Counted from the first letter of the whole stretch, positions 26,857 to 41,890 are shown. The stretch: DNA of 63,060 nt, filler included, from Octopus bimaculoides (GCF_001194135.2; 7 parts of 7 records of this genome joined end to end with filler, not necessarily neighbours in it); one strand, 5' to 3'. The notes: generated by a model from the letters alone, not told the origin. Numbers and translations are program-made.

Positions 26857-28717
26857 NNNNNNNNNNNNNNNNNNNNNNNNNNNNNNNNNNNNNNNNNNNN
26901 NNNNNNNNNNNNNNNNNNNNNNNNNNNNNNNNNNNNNNNNNNNNNNNNNNNNNNNNNNNNNNNNNNNNNNNNNNNNNNNNNNNNNNNNNNNNNNNNNNNN
27001 NNNNNNNNNNNNNNNNNNNNNNNNNNNNNNNNNNNNNNNNNNNNNNNNNNNNNNNNNNNNNNNNNNNNNNNNNNNNNNNNNNNNNNNNNNNNNNNNNNNN
27101 NNNNNNNNNNNNNNNNNNNNNNNNNNNNNNNNNNNNNNNNNTCTCTCTCTCTCTCTCCCTCTCTCTCTCTCTCCCTCTCTCTCTCTCTACCTATCATTTT
27201 CTCCCTCAATCTATTTTTGCTTCTCTTTCTCTGCTCTCCAATGTAATAAACAATCTTAGAAACAACGAAGAGTGCAGGAATTTTTCGTCTTTCCTCCCTC
27301 GTTTTCTCTCTGTCTCAGTCTGTCTGTTTCTCTCTTTCTCTCTCTCCCCCTCTCTATTTCTCTTCCTCGTTCTCTCAGAGATCGGAGATCTTATTGGAGA
27401 TTCATTTGATTTATGACCAAGAGATGCTTTCAATTAGCTAAGCGTTTTGCTAACCACAGCGTTTCATAATCTATACGATCGTACCTCGCCATGGACACAC
27501 AAAGACACATAGAAACACACAATTGCATGGACCTACAGACACACAGAGGAGAGTGGAATAGTGAAAGAGACGGTAAACCCCTGCTGTTAATCCGCGCAAC
27601 ACATCTTACAGTTTGTGTTTATAGCGAAAGGAGATAACGGGCAAAAATATGATTATAGCTCAACAGGAGGTGGATTGGTGCTAATCACGTGCCTATTTTT
27701 ATAGATAATGGCTGACAGACGTCCGGTGGTCCGGCGTTTTGAATGGAAATGAGGAAGAAAGGCGGTGAGGATGAAGGAGAAAATGAAGGGGGAAGAAGAA
27801 CGAGAGGGACAGGAAAAGAGAGAGAAGAACGAGGAGAACAGTAGGAACAAGAGGAACATCAGCAGGAAGAAGGAGGAGGAGGAGGCGGAGGAGGAGTAGA
27901 AGAAGAAGAAGAAGAAGGCGGAAGAGGAGAAGAAGAAGGAGGAAGAGGAGGAGGAGGAGGAGAAGAAGAAGAAGGAAGAGGAGTATAAGAAGAAGAAGAC
28001 GCACATCACAGAACTTTAGGGAACTTATCCCGTCCTCATTTATAGAGCCAAAACCAAAACACCATGCACACCATTGAATCCATTGTCATGTTGTTGAGGT
28101 CGTCTACAGAAGGGACCCTGAGAAACAATCCTTCTGTTCATCAATTACTCCAGCATTTGGAGAATATTTATTATCTGTTATCTCTTTCCTGTTTCAGTCA
28201 TTAGACTGCGGCCATGCTGGGGCACCACCATGAATTTTTAGCCGAATGATTCCACCCTAGTACTTCCTTCTCAAGCCTGGTATATATTCTATCGGTCTCT
28301 CTTGCTGATTCGAAAAGTTACGGGGATGCAAACACATCAGCACCGGTTGTCAAATGGTGGTAGGTGGACAAACACAGATAAAAGGACACATATAATTAGA
28401 TATACGTACATATGCATATATATAGGACGGGCTTCTTTCAGTTTCCGTCTGCCAAATCCACTCACAAGGCTTTGGTCGACCCGAGGATGTAATAGAAGAA
28501 CCTGCGACTGTATACGGAGATAAATGACACAGTTACATTTTACAAACACTCTCCATGGATATAAACATATACGAAGGGCTTTTTTCAGTTTCCGTTTACC
28601 AAATCCAGTGATGAGGCTTTTGTCGGCCCGAGGCTATAGTAGAAGATATTTGTCCAGAGGGACTGAACTCGGAAGCGTGAGATTGAGAAGCAAGCTTCTT
28701 AACACAGAGCTACAAAG

Positions 28718-28753
<36 letters not shown>

Positions 28754-29182
28754 NNNNNNNNNNNNNNNNNNNNNNNNNNNNNNNNNNNNNNNNNNNNTTA
28801 ATTAATTAANNNNNNNNNNNNNNNNNNNNNNNNNNNNNNNNNNNNNNNNNNNNAGGGGTCTGTGGGTAGGGGTGGGTGGTGGGTGTAAGGAATTGGATGG
28901 GGTGGAGTGGGAAGGTAGAGTAGGAGTGTGTTGGGGTGTGGTGGGATGAGCTTATGAGAGGGTGTTGACGAGGAGGGAGAAGGGGAAGGTGGATGTAAGA
29001 GAGGGGGAAGATGGGTATGGGAGGGGAGAGGAAGAGAGGAGAGAGGGTGGGTATAAGAGAGGGAAGGTGGATTAAGAGAGGGGGAAGGTGGGTATGGGAG
29101 GAAGTATATATATATATACTTACACACTCAGCAAACACACACGTGTTGTAATAATAACACACACATATAATAATAATAATAA

Positions 29183-29213
<31 letters not shown>

Positions 29214-29280
29214 AAGAAGAAGAAGAAGAAGAAGAAGAAGAAGAAGAAGAAGAAGAAGAAGAAGAAGAAGAAGAAGAAGA
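29183..29280 (+). repeat. (AAG)n microsatellite
   Basis: About 32 perfect units; explains the poly-K/poly-F ORFs. Confidence 0.95.
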
Positions 29281-31907
29281 TACGGTTGAAATGTACTAGA
29301 TTTTTATACATATCTATATTTGTTTGAATTAACATACGAGGTAAACACGGTTATCACATATCTATATATAGGAAAATATGTTTACACATTACACAAGAAT
29401 CTATCATATAACAGTCTTACTGAACAAGCATTACTGTATGTTTCCATAAGGTAACTTTCAAACACACAACACTAAAAAAGAAAAAAAACGAGAGAAGAAT
29501 TACATATTATTGAAATGTTCCAGTATGAAAAAAGTTTTAATAATACTAAATGTATTTTAGTGTATAGTGTAGTCCAAAGGGATTTTGTATAAAAGAAAGC
29601 CCTTATTTTATTGACCGAGACCTATCTTTGTTGTCGTTCAGTTCCAAAGCTGAAGGTGTGTTTTTTTTTTATCGATGAATTTCAATACCGACTCAATTAT
29701 TCTGGATTTTACTTACTCCATTCCCTAAGTTTCGATTTTCATTCGCATACACAGTTGCTAACAGTGATCTATAAAATAATTTTTTTTAAAGCTTATCGAA
29801 ATTCGAATTGGGAAAAATTTACAACCTTCCACGTCAATAAACCACATTTGTTCCTGAAAGTTGCCCTTACACTATCTACGGACTGCTCAAAACTTACGAA
29901 CTTCCTACACCTGGATCCTTGGACCTCACCCTCAGATATAATTATATACATCGCTAGCCACTGCACACTCTTTCTCTCGTTTTTTTCTGTGTTCCTTTCT
30001 GTGGAAGAGCGTAGGCTCAAAACGTTAAAGACTTTTTTCACTTCCCGAGCGTTATACTAATACATCTGTTTGTTGTCTACGCCACCTGTCTTCGTCTTTG
30101 TTTTTTGTTTTATTGGGGGGAAATCTCGCTATACAAATATATATATATATATATATANNNNNNNNNNNNNNNNNNNNNNNNNNNNNNNNNNNNNNNNNNN
30201 NNNNNNNNNNNNNNNNNNNNNNNNNNNNNNNNNNNNNNNNNNNNNNNNNNNNNNNNNNNNNNNNNNNNNNNNNNNNNNNNNNNNNNNNNNNNNNNNNNNN
30301 NNNNNNNNNNNNNNNNNNNNNNNNNNNNNNNNNNNNNNNNNNNNNNNNNNNNNNNNNNNNNNNNNNNNNNNNNNNNNNNNNNNNNNNNNNNNNNNNNNNN
30401 NNNNNNNNNNNNNNNNNNNNNNNNNNNNNNNNNNNNNNNNNNNNNNNNNNNNNNNNNNNNNNNNNNNNNNNNNNNNNNNNNNNNNNNNNNNNNNNNNNNN
30501 NNNNNNNNNNNNNNNNNNNNNNNNNNNNNNNNNNNNNNNNNNNNNNNNNNNNNNNNNNNNNNNNNNNNNNNNNNNNNNNNNNNNNNNNNNNNNNNNNNNN
30601 NNNNNNNNNNNNNNNNNNNNNNNNNNNNNNNNNNNNNNNNNNNNNNNNNNNNNNNNNNNNNNNNNNNNNNNNNNNNNNNNNNNNNNNNNNNNNNNNNNNN
30701 NNNNNNNNNNNNNNNNNNNNNNNNNNNNNNNNNNNNNNNNTATATATACACTGGAACAAAACTTCTTATTGACTGCCCTTTCCAAAGTTGGAGCCCGGTT
30801 CAGTAAAATTTCAGATCCGGTCAATCTGAAACGTATTAAGTAACCCATCAAGCTTTTCACCACATTACCTTTCGTTTCTGATTGCTGGAAATTTGAGTGT
30901 GTGTTACAGTTGACTGTATCTACTCCATTATTTGGCTAGTACCATATCGATGAAAGCCAAGTTGACATCGGTGGAATTTGAGCTCAAAACGTTAAGAGCA
31001 TGAACAAATGTCACGAGGTATTTTTCAGACGGTCTAACAATTCGGCCACGACACCACCCTTCATAATACCATAACGATGGAGTTTTTTATTATATAGGGA
31101 AAAGGCCAGCAATTTTTAGGGGGAGGGGGTGTAGTCGATACCATTCATCCCAATATTTGACTGGCACTTTATTCCATCGACCTCGGATGGTTGAAAGCAA
31201 AGTTGGCGCCAGTGAAATTTGAACTCCAAATTTAAACAACGAAAACAGCCACCTAACAGTAGTTGTTGTTTATTTTTGTAACTGACGCTCTAACGGTCCT
31301 GTCAAACTGCCGCCCTTGATAATAACATAATAATAACAATAAATAACGAGTCTCAGAATTAAAGACTGATGCGAAATAATAATGGAGAAATGATTCTGTC
31401 ACAGTGTAAACGTCATAAAGTGTCCACTTCCCCTGTTGTCTGCTAAAATATACGTTGTTCAATGAAGCATATAATACGATCAATCAGATGTCAAGAGGTA
31501 AAAGGAACTGCTCCAAATTGATAGCAAATATCCTATTAACTTATGAGATTGCTTTTACTACCACGTTTTAGCAATTCATCATCCACTGTCATTATTTTTT
31601 GTTGACGTTATTGTTGTTGTTATTGTTGCTATTACTTTGTTGTGGTTTATGGCTTAGTCAGACGTAGAACGACAGCACCTATTATTACCCACCATTTACA
31701 GGGCCACTGAGAGTGATAGAGGTAAGTGAGGATATATATTTCGGTATTCACTGACCGGAGAGGTGGTCCGAATGCTTTCAACAAACTGAACTCAATGAAA
31801 TTCAACCACAGTTCAGGTTGTAGCATTAAATTGGGGAATAGAAACCAAATTAAATCTACCGCAGACGAAATTGTTGTTGTTATTATCATTACTACTACTA
31901 CTACTAC

Positions 31908-31962
<55 letters not shown>

Positions 31963-32670
31963 GAGTGAGAGAGCAGTGCATGCCATCAAAAGGACACTGG
32001 GGTAAAATATACGAAGCCCAATATATCCATCATGACTACCCGTCTGATAAGGGTACACCAGGCACATGCATCACAACCATATGTGCGCGACATGGTGATC
32101 TCATATCAAGATAAAAAGCGCATGACCTCGCAGGTGGGGCCCAGTTAGAATTTTCTTCAGGTCGAGTAGCCCATCCCCCTCAAAAGATCCCTGAATAAAG
32201 TTTGTTTAAGGATGTTGAACAAAACATCCATGTTTCCAAAGGTGAATTATTCAAACCGCAAAGAATTCCTCTCAACACATGGCTATGATGCTCCCCGGAA
32301 CCATATGGTTGGTAAGCAAGCTACTTACCACACACCCACTCCTGCGCCTACGTGCGTTTTTGCACTCATATATATGTTTATCTGCATGTATGCATTATAT
32401 ACGCATTAGGTACGTATGTGTATTTATATTTATATGTGCATATAAGTGTATATGAATGCATCTATGTATAACTTGTTAGTCTATCTTCGTACACACAGAC
32501 GCCATCAAACGTTGCCAATACATGGAGTAGAGTGTGCCTAGATATGTTTGTAATATTTCAAAAAGACTTGGATCGTAAGTAGATGCGTCACTTTTCTTAT
32601 TGTTCGGTGATGGAACAATCGTAAATATCAGAGTTACGGTACAAACATCGCTAGCTTCATACAGTACACA

Positions 32671-32723
<53 letters not shown>

Positions 32724-33610
32724 ACAAACATGCCCTCACAGAAATACGCACACACACACACATATACACGCACAAAAACACACGCACACACATGATCATA
32801 TAATATGTATGTGTATTGGTTAAAAGAAAGCCAAACACAAAGACGCGGCCATGATAGAAAACAAAACAGCGACAAGGTAGAATAGAGAATCATTTCTTAC
32901 ATAAAAGCTAATATCAGCAGATTTTTATTGGAAAACTATCGGTACAAACATCTCGGAAAAACATTACGAATTCTGCTTTTATTCTATTTTTCCGGATACT
33001 ATCCAGGTGTTTTCATAAGTGGAATCATATACACCCTGCAGCAGATATTAAAGGCACTCGGTGTAAGCCATATTGTTTTAAATTAACTTATCTCCTTTTT
33101 ATTTTCGTATTTCTGTCTGCCTCTCTCTCCCTCTACCTCTCTCTCCCTCTACCTCTCTCTCCCTCTACCTCTCTCTCCCTTTCTTTCTCTTCTTCTCTTT
33201 CTCTCCCTCCATACATATGTGTGTGTGTGTCGTTGAATATTTATTTTGTAACGCCATTCAATTCTCGTTGCACTTATGCATATTTTGCGTAACAATTGCT
33301 TTTATATGTCTGTCTGTATTTGTGTGTGTCCGTGTGTGTGAGTGTGTGTGTATGTGTGTAGGAATGTAAGTATTTATGTATATATAGTTATGTATATATT
33401 CATATATATACACACATATATCTACATATATATATATAAATATATATGTATATATATATACACCCTTATGTAGGCATATATACACATATATAAGCATATA
33501 CGGCAATACATATATAACTTTGTGTGTACATATATATATATATATAGCGTTATATATCCAGATATATACGTAGCCACTCACAAAGACAGATATATAGAAA
33601 GATAGACAGA

Positions 33611-33644
<34 letters not shown>

Positions 33645-34699
33645 CATGCGTGCATGCATACATACTTATTGTAACGCTGAATAATGAAAAACATATATTC
33701 GTGTACCAAACACCTTCTCCAGAAATATCACAAGAAAATTATAAATACATTTACTATAGCTTTGTATAGCAAACCATGATTAGGTGGTTCTTTTTTCCTC
33801 AAGCTTTCTTATTTCATTATAGCATTAATATGATCATTTTTTTCTCGATACATTTTCTAAATTCAGCAAATATGAAAAAAAAAGCGTATAACATATATCG
33901 AAAGAAATATACACACTTCTATATTCATTAAACTCATTCGCATACATATATACTATACCTAACATATATGCGTGTACAATATATATACACGCACCACACT
34001 TACACACTCATACATGAAAACACACACATATATTTAGAGCGAGAGAGAGAGAGAGTTAATAGGTACTGTAGTTTACTGATATATAGGTTAAAATTATAGG
34101 TAAACCGAAAGTAGCACAAATAACAATTAACCGCTATTAACATAAACATCTAAGAAAAATATAAATATGTGTGATTTTATTAATGTCTTCGTAGGCTAAA
34201 ACAGTGAAAGACCATCCTTAATTTTCGACGTTGACTGGAGTTTTCCTTAAAGGCAGTTTCCATCTTGTTCTCTGTGTATTAATCGAACATGTAAGCTCTC
34301 TCCCCAAACTGAATGAGACATAGATGTCCTCTGAGGAAGAATAGAGTTAATGCTAAAAATCTGATACTCCGTCGGTTACGATGATGACGGTTCGAGTTGA
34401 TCCGATCAACGTAACAGCCTATTCGTGAAATTAATTTGCAGGTGGCACTGGACTGACGCAAGTACCCTTAATGCAGTTCTCAGGAGGATTTAGTGTGTTA
34501 CAGAATGTAACAAGGCTGACCCTTTGAAATACATGTAGAAGTCATTTTTGCCAGCTGAATGGACTAGACGCAACGTGAAATAAAGTGCCTTGATCAAGGA
34601 AACAACGTGCCGCCGGCAATCCGGCAATCCAACTCACGACTTTATGATCGTGAGACGAACACCCTAACCACTGAGTCATCCGCATTCACAGAATTAATC

Positions 34700-35130
34700 C
34701 TTTATACTGGAGGCACAAGGTTTGAGAAATGTGGGGAGAGGACTGGTCGATTACATCGATCCCAGTACGCAACTGGTACTTAATTTATCGACCTCGAAAG
34801 GATGAAAGGCAAGGTCGACCCCGGCCGAATTTGAACTCAGAACGTAGCGTCAGACGAAATACCACTAATCATTTCGCCCACCTTCCGCATTCACAGAATT
34901 ATTCTTTTCTACTTCAAGGCAAAAGGCCCCGAAGTTTTGGGGGTGGAGGGCCAGTCGATTAAATCGACCCCAATACGCAACTGGTACTTAATTTATCAAC
35001 CCCAAAAGGATGAAAGGCAAAGTCGACCTCGGCCGAATTTGAACTGCAAACGTAGCGGCAGACGAAATACCACTAATCATTTCTCCCGGCGTGCTAACGA
35101 TTCTGCCAGCTCACCGCCTTCCGCATTCAC
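34700..35130 (-). mobile_element. Tandem SINE copies (second SINE family)
   Basis: Two copies of AACTGGTACTTAATTTATCGACC...GAAAGGATGAAAGGCAA.GTCGACC..GGCCGAATTTGAACT. The same family occurs near 14170-14310, 31080-31320, 43680-43800, 48170-48300 and 55080-55290. Confidence 0.8.
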
Positions 35131-35683
35131 AGAATTAATGATAAAAATTCGGTCAACGCATTCACATTATTTTGTCCACGAATAAATATATGCAGTATTT
35201 TAATTCAACTTCTTTTGTGTCGACACTATTGTTGTACTATAAATTTTGTATCGACACTGTTTTTATTTTATATATATTATATATACATGTTATATATTTC
35301 TGTGTATATCTAGCAATTCACGCAGTTTCTGTTGAAGATTGTAACATTGTCTGTAGGGATATGTACTTCCATCATATTTGAGTTGCTTTGTGCAGATTTC
35401 CGTAATTAATTTAATTAGCTACCAGCATAAGTATTAATATTATGTTAATTAAAATTTCCAATTTGCTGATAGAATATTTTGTGGCCTTATACATCTATTA
35501 ACTGTGTAGTTGTCCATGGACTGAGGTGAGAGAATTAAGCCTCGCTGAACGCTGCCGTTCTAATTGGAATTGAAACTGGGGTCAGATTTACTGCTTCTGT
35601 CATGGAAGAATTTCGGATCTAATAAACGTTTACATTTGTCAGCATGTATGCAGATGCGATGACATACTTTTGACACGCAAATA

Positions 35684-36130
35684 CAGTGACACCTCGAAGT
35701 ACGAGCTTCATTCGTTCCATGACAGAACTCGTTTTATGATTTACTCGTTTTACAAATCAATTTTCCCCATTCAAATTAACTAAAATATAATTAATCCGTT
35801 CCAGTCCCACAAAACCACCCAAAAATAATTTTTTATGGGTTTTAAATCAGAAAAGGTGTTGTTACAAGTAAAACGGCAATTATAAAAAGGAGAATGCAAA
35901 ACAGATATGTTAACTGGTTTTATTAACAGAATTACCTTAAAGATGGGACGATTTCTGAGTGAAGGAGACGATAGTGCGAGGAGGAGGTGGATTATTGCGT
36001 GGAAGGAGATTCGTGCTTTCTTTGTCGGATCTTGTTTTACTTCCCGCAGAGTGTCCAAACATCATCCTCCTCACCAAGCATGTTTGGTGGGTTTGCCGAT
36101 GCAAACATTAATATTATTGTATTAAACTTA
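35684..36130 (+). mobile_element. Tigger/pogo-like DNA transposon fragment (left end)
   Basis: TA|CAGTGACACCTCG terminus and ...TTAATCCGTTCCAG subterminal motif typical of Tigger-type elements; right TIR not found. Confidence 0.55.
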
Positions 36131-36635
36131 GCATTCATTCATCATTATTAAGGCAGCGAGTTGATAGAATCCTTAGCACACCGAAAAAGATACTCAGCAA
36201 CATTTCGTCCATCTTGACAATGTGATTTCAAATTTCTCAAAGGTCAACTTTGTTATTCATCATTACACTGAAGTCGATGTAATCGATTTCTCACCATCAC
36301 CACCAAAGCAAATTGCTGGCCTTGTGCCAAAAGCTGAAATTATTTTTATTATTATTAACATGGCCTCGATGTGATTTGAACTCAGAGCACACGAAATCAA
36401 AAGACTTGTGCAAAGCATTCCTTCCAAACTCAGAACGATTTACTCAGAACTTGTTCATGTCTTTATTAGTCCTGTGCGTTTCCTTTGGAATAATAGCATT
36501 TGTAAATCCATTAGTCCATTAACGTTACAAAGCATTCTCGGTGTTGGCATGAAAGTTTGAACGTATGTATGTTTATATGTACGTATGTATATGTATATGT
36601 ATATATCTATCTATTTATCTATCTATATCTATATA

Positions 36636-36670
<35 letters not shown>

Positions 36671-38109
36671 NNNNNNNNNNNNNNNNNNNNNNNNNNNNNN
36701 NNNNNNNNNNNNNNNNNNNNNNNNNNNNNNNNNNNNNNNNNNNNNNNNNNNNNNNNNNNNNNNNNNNNNNNNNNNNNNNNNNNNNNNNNNNNNNNNNNNN
36801 NNNNNNNNNNNNNTATACACACACCTTATTTTCCATACTCTCGTTTTGATGCAGTCAGACCTCAGTTATTATCAACATAAACAGTAAAAATTTATTATTC
36901 CTAACCCTAAATTGTATTATATTTGGTGAGAAAACATGATTGGCCGCTACGTAGTTGAGGAGAATTAATTAGTTGAGTTATTTAGCTAGATAAATCTAAT
37001 AAACTGCTTGTTCCTGCAATGTCAGCCACTACTTAGAAACTATTTTATCTTGGAATCAAACTTACTTAAACATTAATCTGATTCATTTTATTTTCGCCTC
37101 TCGCTTATTTCAGAAATGATTTCGGCTTAGGAAACTATGGAGATAAGAAAATTAATCTAATAAAGTTTATTAATGTTTAATGCTGTTAAGTGTCCCCGTA
37201 TGAGAACAGCGAGGCCTGAAAACTATAATCTAATTAATTTTAGTGCTTTTCTTTGTAGAATTAAAATACGCTGAAATTTTCCAGCAGTAGAAGGGGTTAG
37301 GCCAAAATATTCGATATTTAAATTTTTGATTGTGGGCGTGGTGGGCTGGGCTGAGCTAGCTGGCTAGATGTCGTCGGGAAAGTGATTTCTTAATTTATCG
37401 AAACAAACTTGAAATTAATTCTTACTGCAGTGTACTGCAATTATTGTTCTACAGATATTAATAATAAGCTACGGGCGCAGCCCTTGCTGAAGCAAAATGA
37501 TATGACTCAAGTAACTAATGCAGAATTAGTCTTGATGATATTAACTCTACGTTACCAGTAATCACAACTACATCAACACCTTGATATGTCGCCTATATTT
37601 ACAATAAGTGTATAAATAAATAAAAAAGAAAAAGAGAGATAAGAATCGCGAAGCAATTCTCTTCAGAGTAATAAGAAAAGATTCCGTTTCTGATTACGGA
37701 TTTCCACAATATAGTAACATATCTGAAGAACTGATATACAACTTGTGTGTCTAAAGTTCGATTTAAATGGTGTTGTTTACAGATATCAAACAACAGTACT
37801 TACGTAATTAAATTATGCTATATTACCGGTGAAATAATTGCCTGTTTAGTTATTGACCGAGATAGAATGGGAAAATTAGGAAAATTAACTGAATAATAAT
37901 GGTTATACAATACGTGGTCGTGTTGGGTGTTCTCATCATTGGTCTGATATAGCCAAATGGCGTGGATCAGGTAAACCTGTTTTATTACATTTTAGAGCTA
38001 AATTCCTTCACCTATACGTGGGCTATTCTATCTATATCTGTATGCACGTATGTAGTTACTGTGGCGTTAGATTCCGTGATATATACAATTTTGACATGTA
38101 CATAAAATA

Positions 38110-40800
38110 TAAAATGTATTAAGTTTGACAACTTTGAGAGGTTTCGGTCAGTATAGACACAGGCCATGTCTAACTTAATAGCACCACCTGGGCACCATGG
38201 CCCACTCTAGCAAAGAGTTATTGTTGTTGGAGAATATTCAGGTGTAGGAGGAGGATGCGAGATTTTTTAGAAGAAATTTGTCCATTGAAATTTTGAATTT
38301 TATGGGATCCGTTTCCGTTTTGACGTATTTTGGTATGGTATTAAAAAGAGCTGGACTGGTTGAGGTAAAGTAATTGTGATGTAATGTTACTATGTGTAGT
38401 GAGTTCGATTTTTGTAGTGGCAGATAGCATGGGGGGTGTGAAAGTCTTGGATGGATTTAAAATTGATGCCAACATCATTTGTGCAATATTGATGGAATAT
38501 TTTCCACATCATACAAATCATGTAGCGTTCCCGGCGGCGTTGGAGAGAGCATAGATTGAGTTTTTTTAGTCGACCCCAACAGTCAATGCTTCTTATGCCG
38601 TCTGTCTTTCTTCTTAATGACCTCTGGAGTACTTCTACTTTCATAATGAGTTACTTTGTATGGGAAGACCATATTGGGCAACAGTACTCAAGGTGGGGTT
38701 AGACAAAGGTAGAGTAGAGAAGGATGATGGTGTGGGCATCTCTAGACCGGAAAGTTCTCAGAATCCAGGAGCACATCTCGCGGGCCAAGTCAACCTTGCT
38801 GCTTAAATGAGAACTCCAGCTTAGATTGTTATCAACAATTACTCCAAGGTCTCTGGTGTTGTTGGGTGACACAAGGGAGTCGCCCGAGGGAAGAGCATAT
38901 GGTAATTTCAGAGTATCCTCTTTTCCAAAGTAGATCAAATCAAACTTATCTTCATTTAGAAGCATATTGTTTTTTTCCGCCCACTGGACAATAGCAAACA
39001 GATCTGACTGAAGGCATGTTCGGTCTCCCATGCCGTTTATGGCTTTCTGGGGGATATGGAATCATCTATAAAGATTTTCAATGAAGAATGTTTGATGACG
39101 TTTACTATGTCATTGATGTAGGTAATAAAGAGGAGTGGGCTCGACACAGTACCTTGTGGGACACCACTACTGACTTTGGCTGAGCTAGATCGTACTCCCT
39201 CAAACACAACATGTTGGGTTCTGTTCGTCAGGAAATACTTTATCCACTGCTGCAGCTTTCTTCGGACTCCATGTTGGACAGTTTCTTCAGCAGGATATTA
39301 TGGTCCACTCTGTCAAATGCCTTGCTGATATCTAGGTATATGATGTAAGTGTTGGGGCCTTCTCCCAACGCTTTTATGATGTCATCAAAATTGTGTAGAA
39401 GATGTGAAAGGTAGTCCCAGCCGTCACGGAAACCATGCTGGTTGGGGTTTAGCAGATTGTTGTCTTCGAGGAAGTGAGTTATTCGCAATCTCACCACCCT
39501 CTCAAATACTTTAATGATATGAGAGGTGAGTAAAATCGGACGGTAGTTCACCGCAAGAGATTTGTTCCCCTTTCTGAAGACTGGAACGACAGACTGGGAA
39601 AGAAAATGATCAGGAATATAGCCTGCATCAAGTGAGTTTCTCCAGAACTCAGCGAGAGTGGGTGCAAGTTGATGTTGATACATCTTCAGGACATTGGCCG
39701 GGAACTTATCGAGACCTATTGCCGAGTTGTGTTTGATCTTATTTATTTCTGTTTGGATATCAAGAGCACCAAAAGTTATGTCAGATATGGTTAGTTGAGA
39801 TACTAGCCAGATCAACCGCATTAGCGTTACTGCAAACAGAGCAGTATTGTCTCTGCAGCATTTCGCACATGGATTTTACATCATCATGTACAGTGTTGTT
39901 CTCATCGACCAGAGGACTAACAATGGAAACGGCGTCTTTATGTCTTTTTGGAAATGAAAAGAACATTTTAGGATTGAGTTATATTTTCTCAATGGCCCAA
40001 TTCTCCTCGGCTGCTTTTCGTTAATGTTCGTCAGCATGCTTTTTTGGATGTTGTGTTTTTTCGATTCGAGTGATGCAATGGCAGTCAATTGAGTGCGTTG
40101 CTGCAGGCAGTGTTTAACTTGGTTGATTTTCTTGTTAATTCGATTGCTTCCTTATCAGGGGTTGAAGTGGAAAAACCTGATTTGAAGCTGTTCGTGGACC
40201 AGTCAACACTGGGAAAGTTGAAGGCCCTATCATTAATATGTTGTCAGCATTACACTGATGGATGAAACACTTGATACTGTTGAGGCATTTCTTGAAGCGT
40301 AGTAAAGGAGTTAGGGGTGGCCTGTAGAGCCCAACTACTATCAAATTCTTGGTTTTACTATACACAGAAGCTGCTTCACAGTAGCCATTGATAAATACGT
40401 CCATTGCTTCAGCTGAAAAAGAATCGTGCACGAAAATGGCGGTCCCACCCTTTCTTCTTCCGACACGATCTGCACAGATAGCTGTAAAATTCTTCACTCA
40501 CACCTCAGCTTCCAAGTGGAGGATACGGAGATGGATCTCTGTGAGGATGAAGAAAGGAATATGGTGTGGATGGTCATTAACCCAGTCCTCAATAAATTGG
40601 ATCTGCCATTCTGGGGCATTGGTGGAAGGGCTGATGCCTTGTGGTTTGAGCAAAAACGTTGAGGTGATAGTGCTGATTGATTTTGACTGTTTTGTTTGTT
40701 AATGGCAGTAATGGGAGATTGTGCAAGAGGGTCATGGTGCAGGGCGGCTTTGACTGATGGCTAGAATGTTCTTTTGTAGCTCTTTAGATTCATAATGGCT
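38110..40800 (-). mobile_element. Degenerate CR1-group LINE (APE endonuclease + RT, internally deleted)
   Basis: APE DRVGRRKGGTAIFV...IVVGLYRPP (40135-40497); RT NYRPILLTSHIIKVFER..NQHGFR..YLDISKAFDRVDH (39240-39821); LGVIVDNNLSWSSH (38699-39031); SLQRRRERYMI (38390-38644). Confidence 0.93.
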
Positions 40801-41857
40801 GAAAAACAGTTCAGTTTGGAGAACTGAAAATGTTTGTAGTTGTGGGATTTGAAATGGTAAGGGGACTCGTTTATATTTTTATTTGTGTGACGAGTCCCCG
40901 AGAGATGGGTAAATGGACAATTATGCTGTAGACATAATCCGCAACACTGAGAATAGCGGCAAATTTTAGGGGTCTGTATAACATGGGTGATTTTCTTTTA
41001 AATTTCATTTAGTATATAGTGATGGTGGTGGTGGCTGCTGCTGTTTTAGATTTGATGGTAGCGGCTGTTGTGAGTACAAACTGAGTAGCAACTTTCTATA
41101 TTATACAAAATGTATATGGAAATATATATATATATATAAGGCAGATAATATATATCATGTACATAATATATACACACATACACGCGCACTCGCACACACG
41201 CTTGTGTTTTATACATATGTATGTGTGTGAATGTGTGTGCATCTATATAGATATATACTTACACATATGTACGAACTTTTTATTTCCCACAAGGGGACGA
41301 AAAATATGTGTGCGTGTGCATATTTATATACATATATATATGAATATATATATTGTATATATACATATGTATATNNNNNNNNNNNNNNNNNNNNNNNNNN
41401 NNNNNNNNNNNNNNNNNNNNNNNNNNNNNNNNNNNNNNNNNNNNNNNNNNNNNNNNNNNNNNNNNNNNNNNNNNNNNNNNNNNNNNNNNNNNNNNNNNNN
41501 NNNNNNNNNNNNNNNNNNNNNNNNNNNNNNNNNNNNNNNNNNNNNNNNNNNNNNNNNNNNNNNNNNNNNNNNNNNNNNNNNNNNNNNNNNNNNNNNNNNN
41601 NNNNNNNNNNNNNNNNNNNNNNNNNNNNNNNNNNNNNNNNNNNNNNNNNNNNNNNNNNNNNNNNNNNNNNNNNNNNNNNNNNNNNNNNNNNNNNNNNNNN
41701 NNNNNNNNNNNNNNNNNNNNNNNNNNNNNNNNNNNNNNNNNNNNNNNNNNNNNNNNNNNNNNNNNNNNNNNNNNNNNNNNNNNNNNNNNNNNNNNNNNNN
41801 NNNNNNNNNNNNNNNNNNNNNNNNNNNNNNNNTATATATACACATATATATATATAC

Positions 41858-41890
<33 letters not shown>

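Noticed and set aside
29885-30010. Minus-strand gtaagt donor as a 5' UTR exon
   Set aside because: Only a donor motif, partly within a repeat; unsupported.
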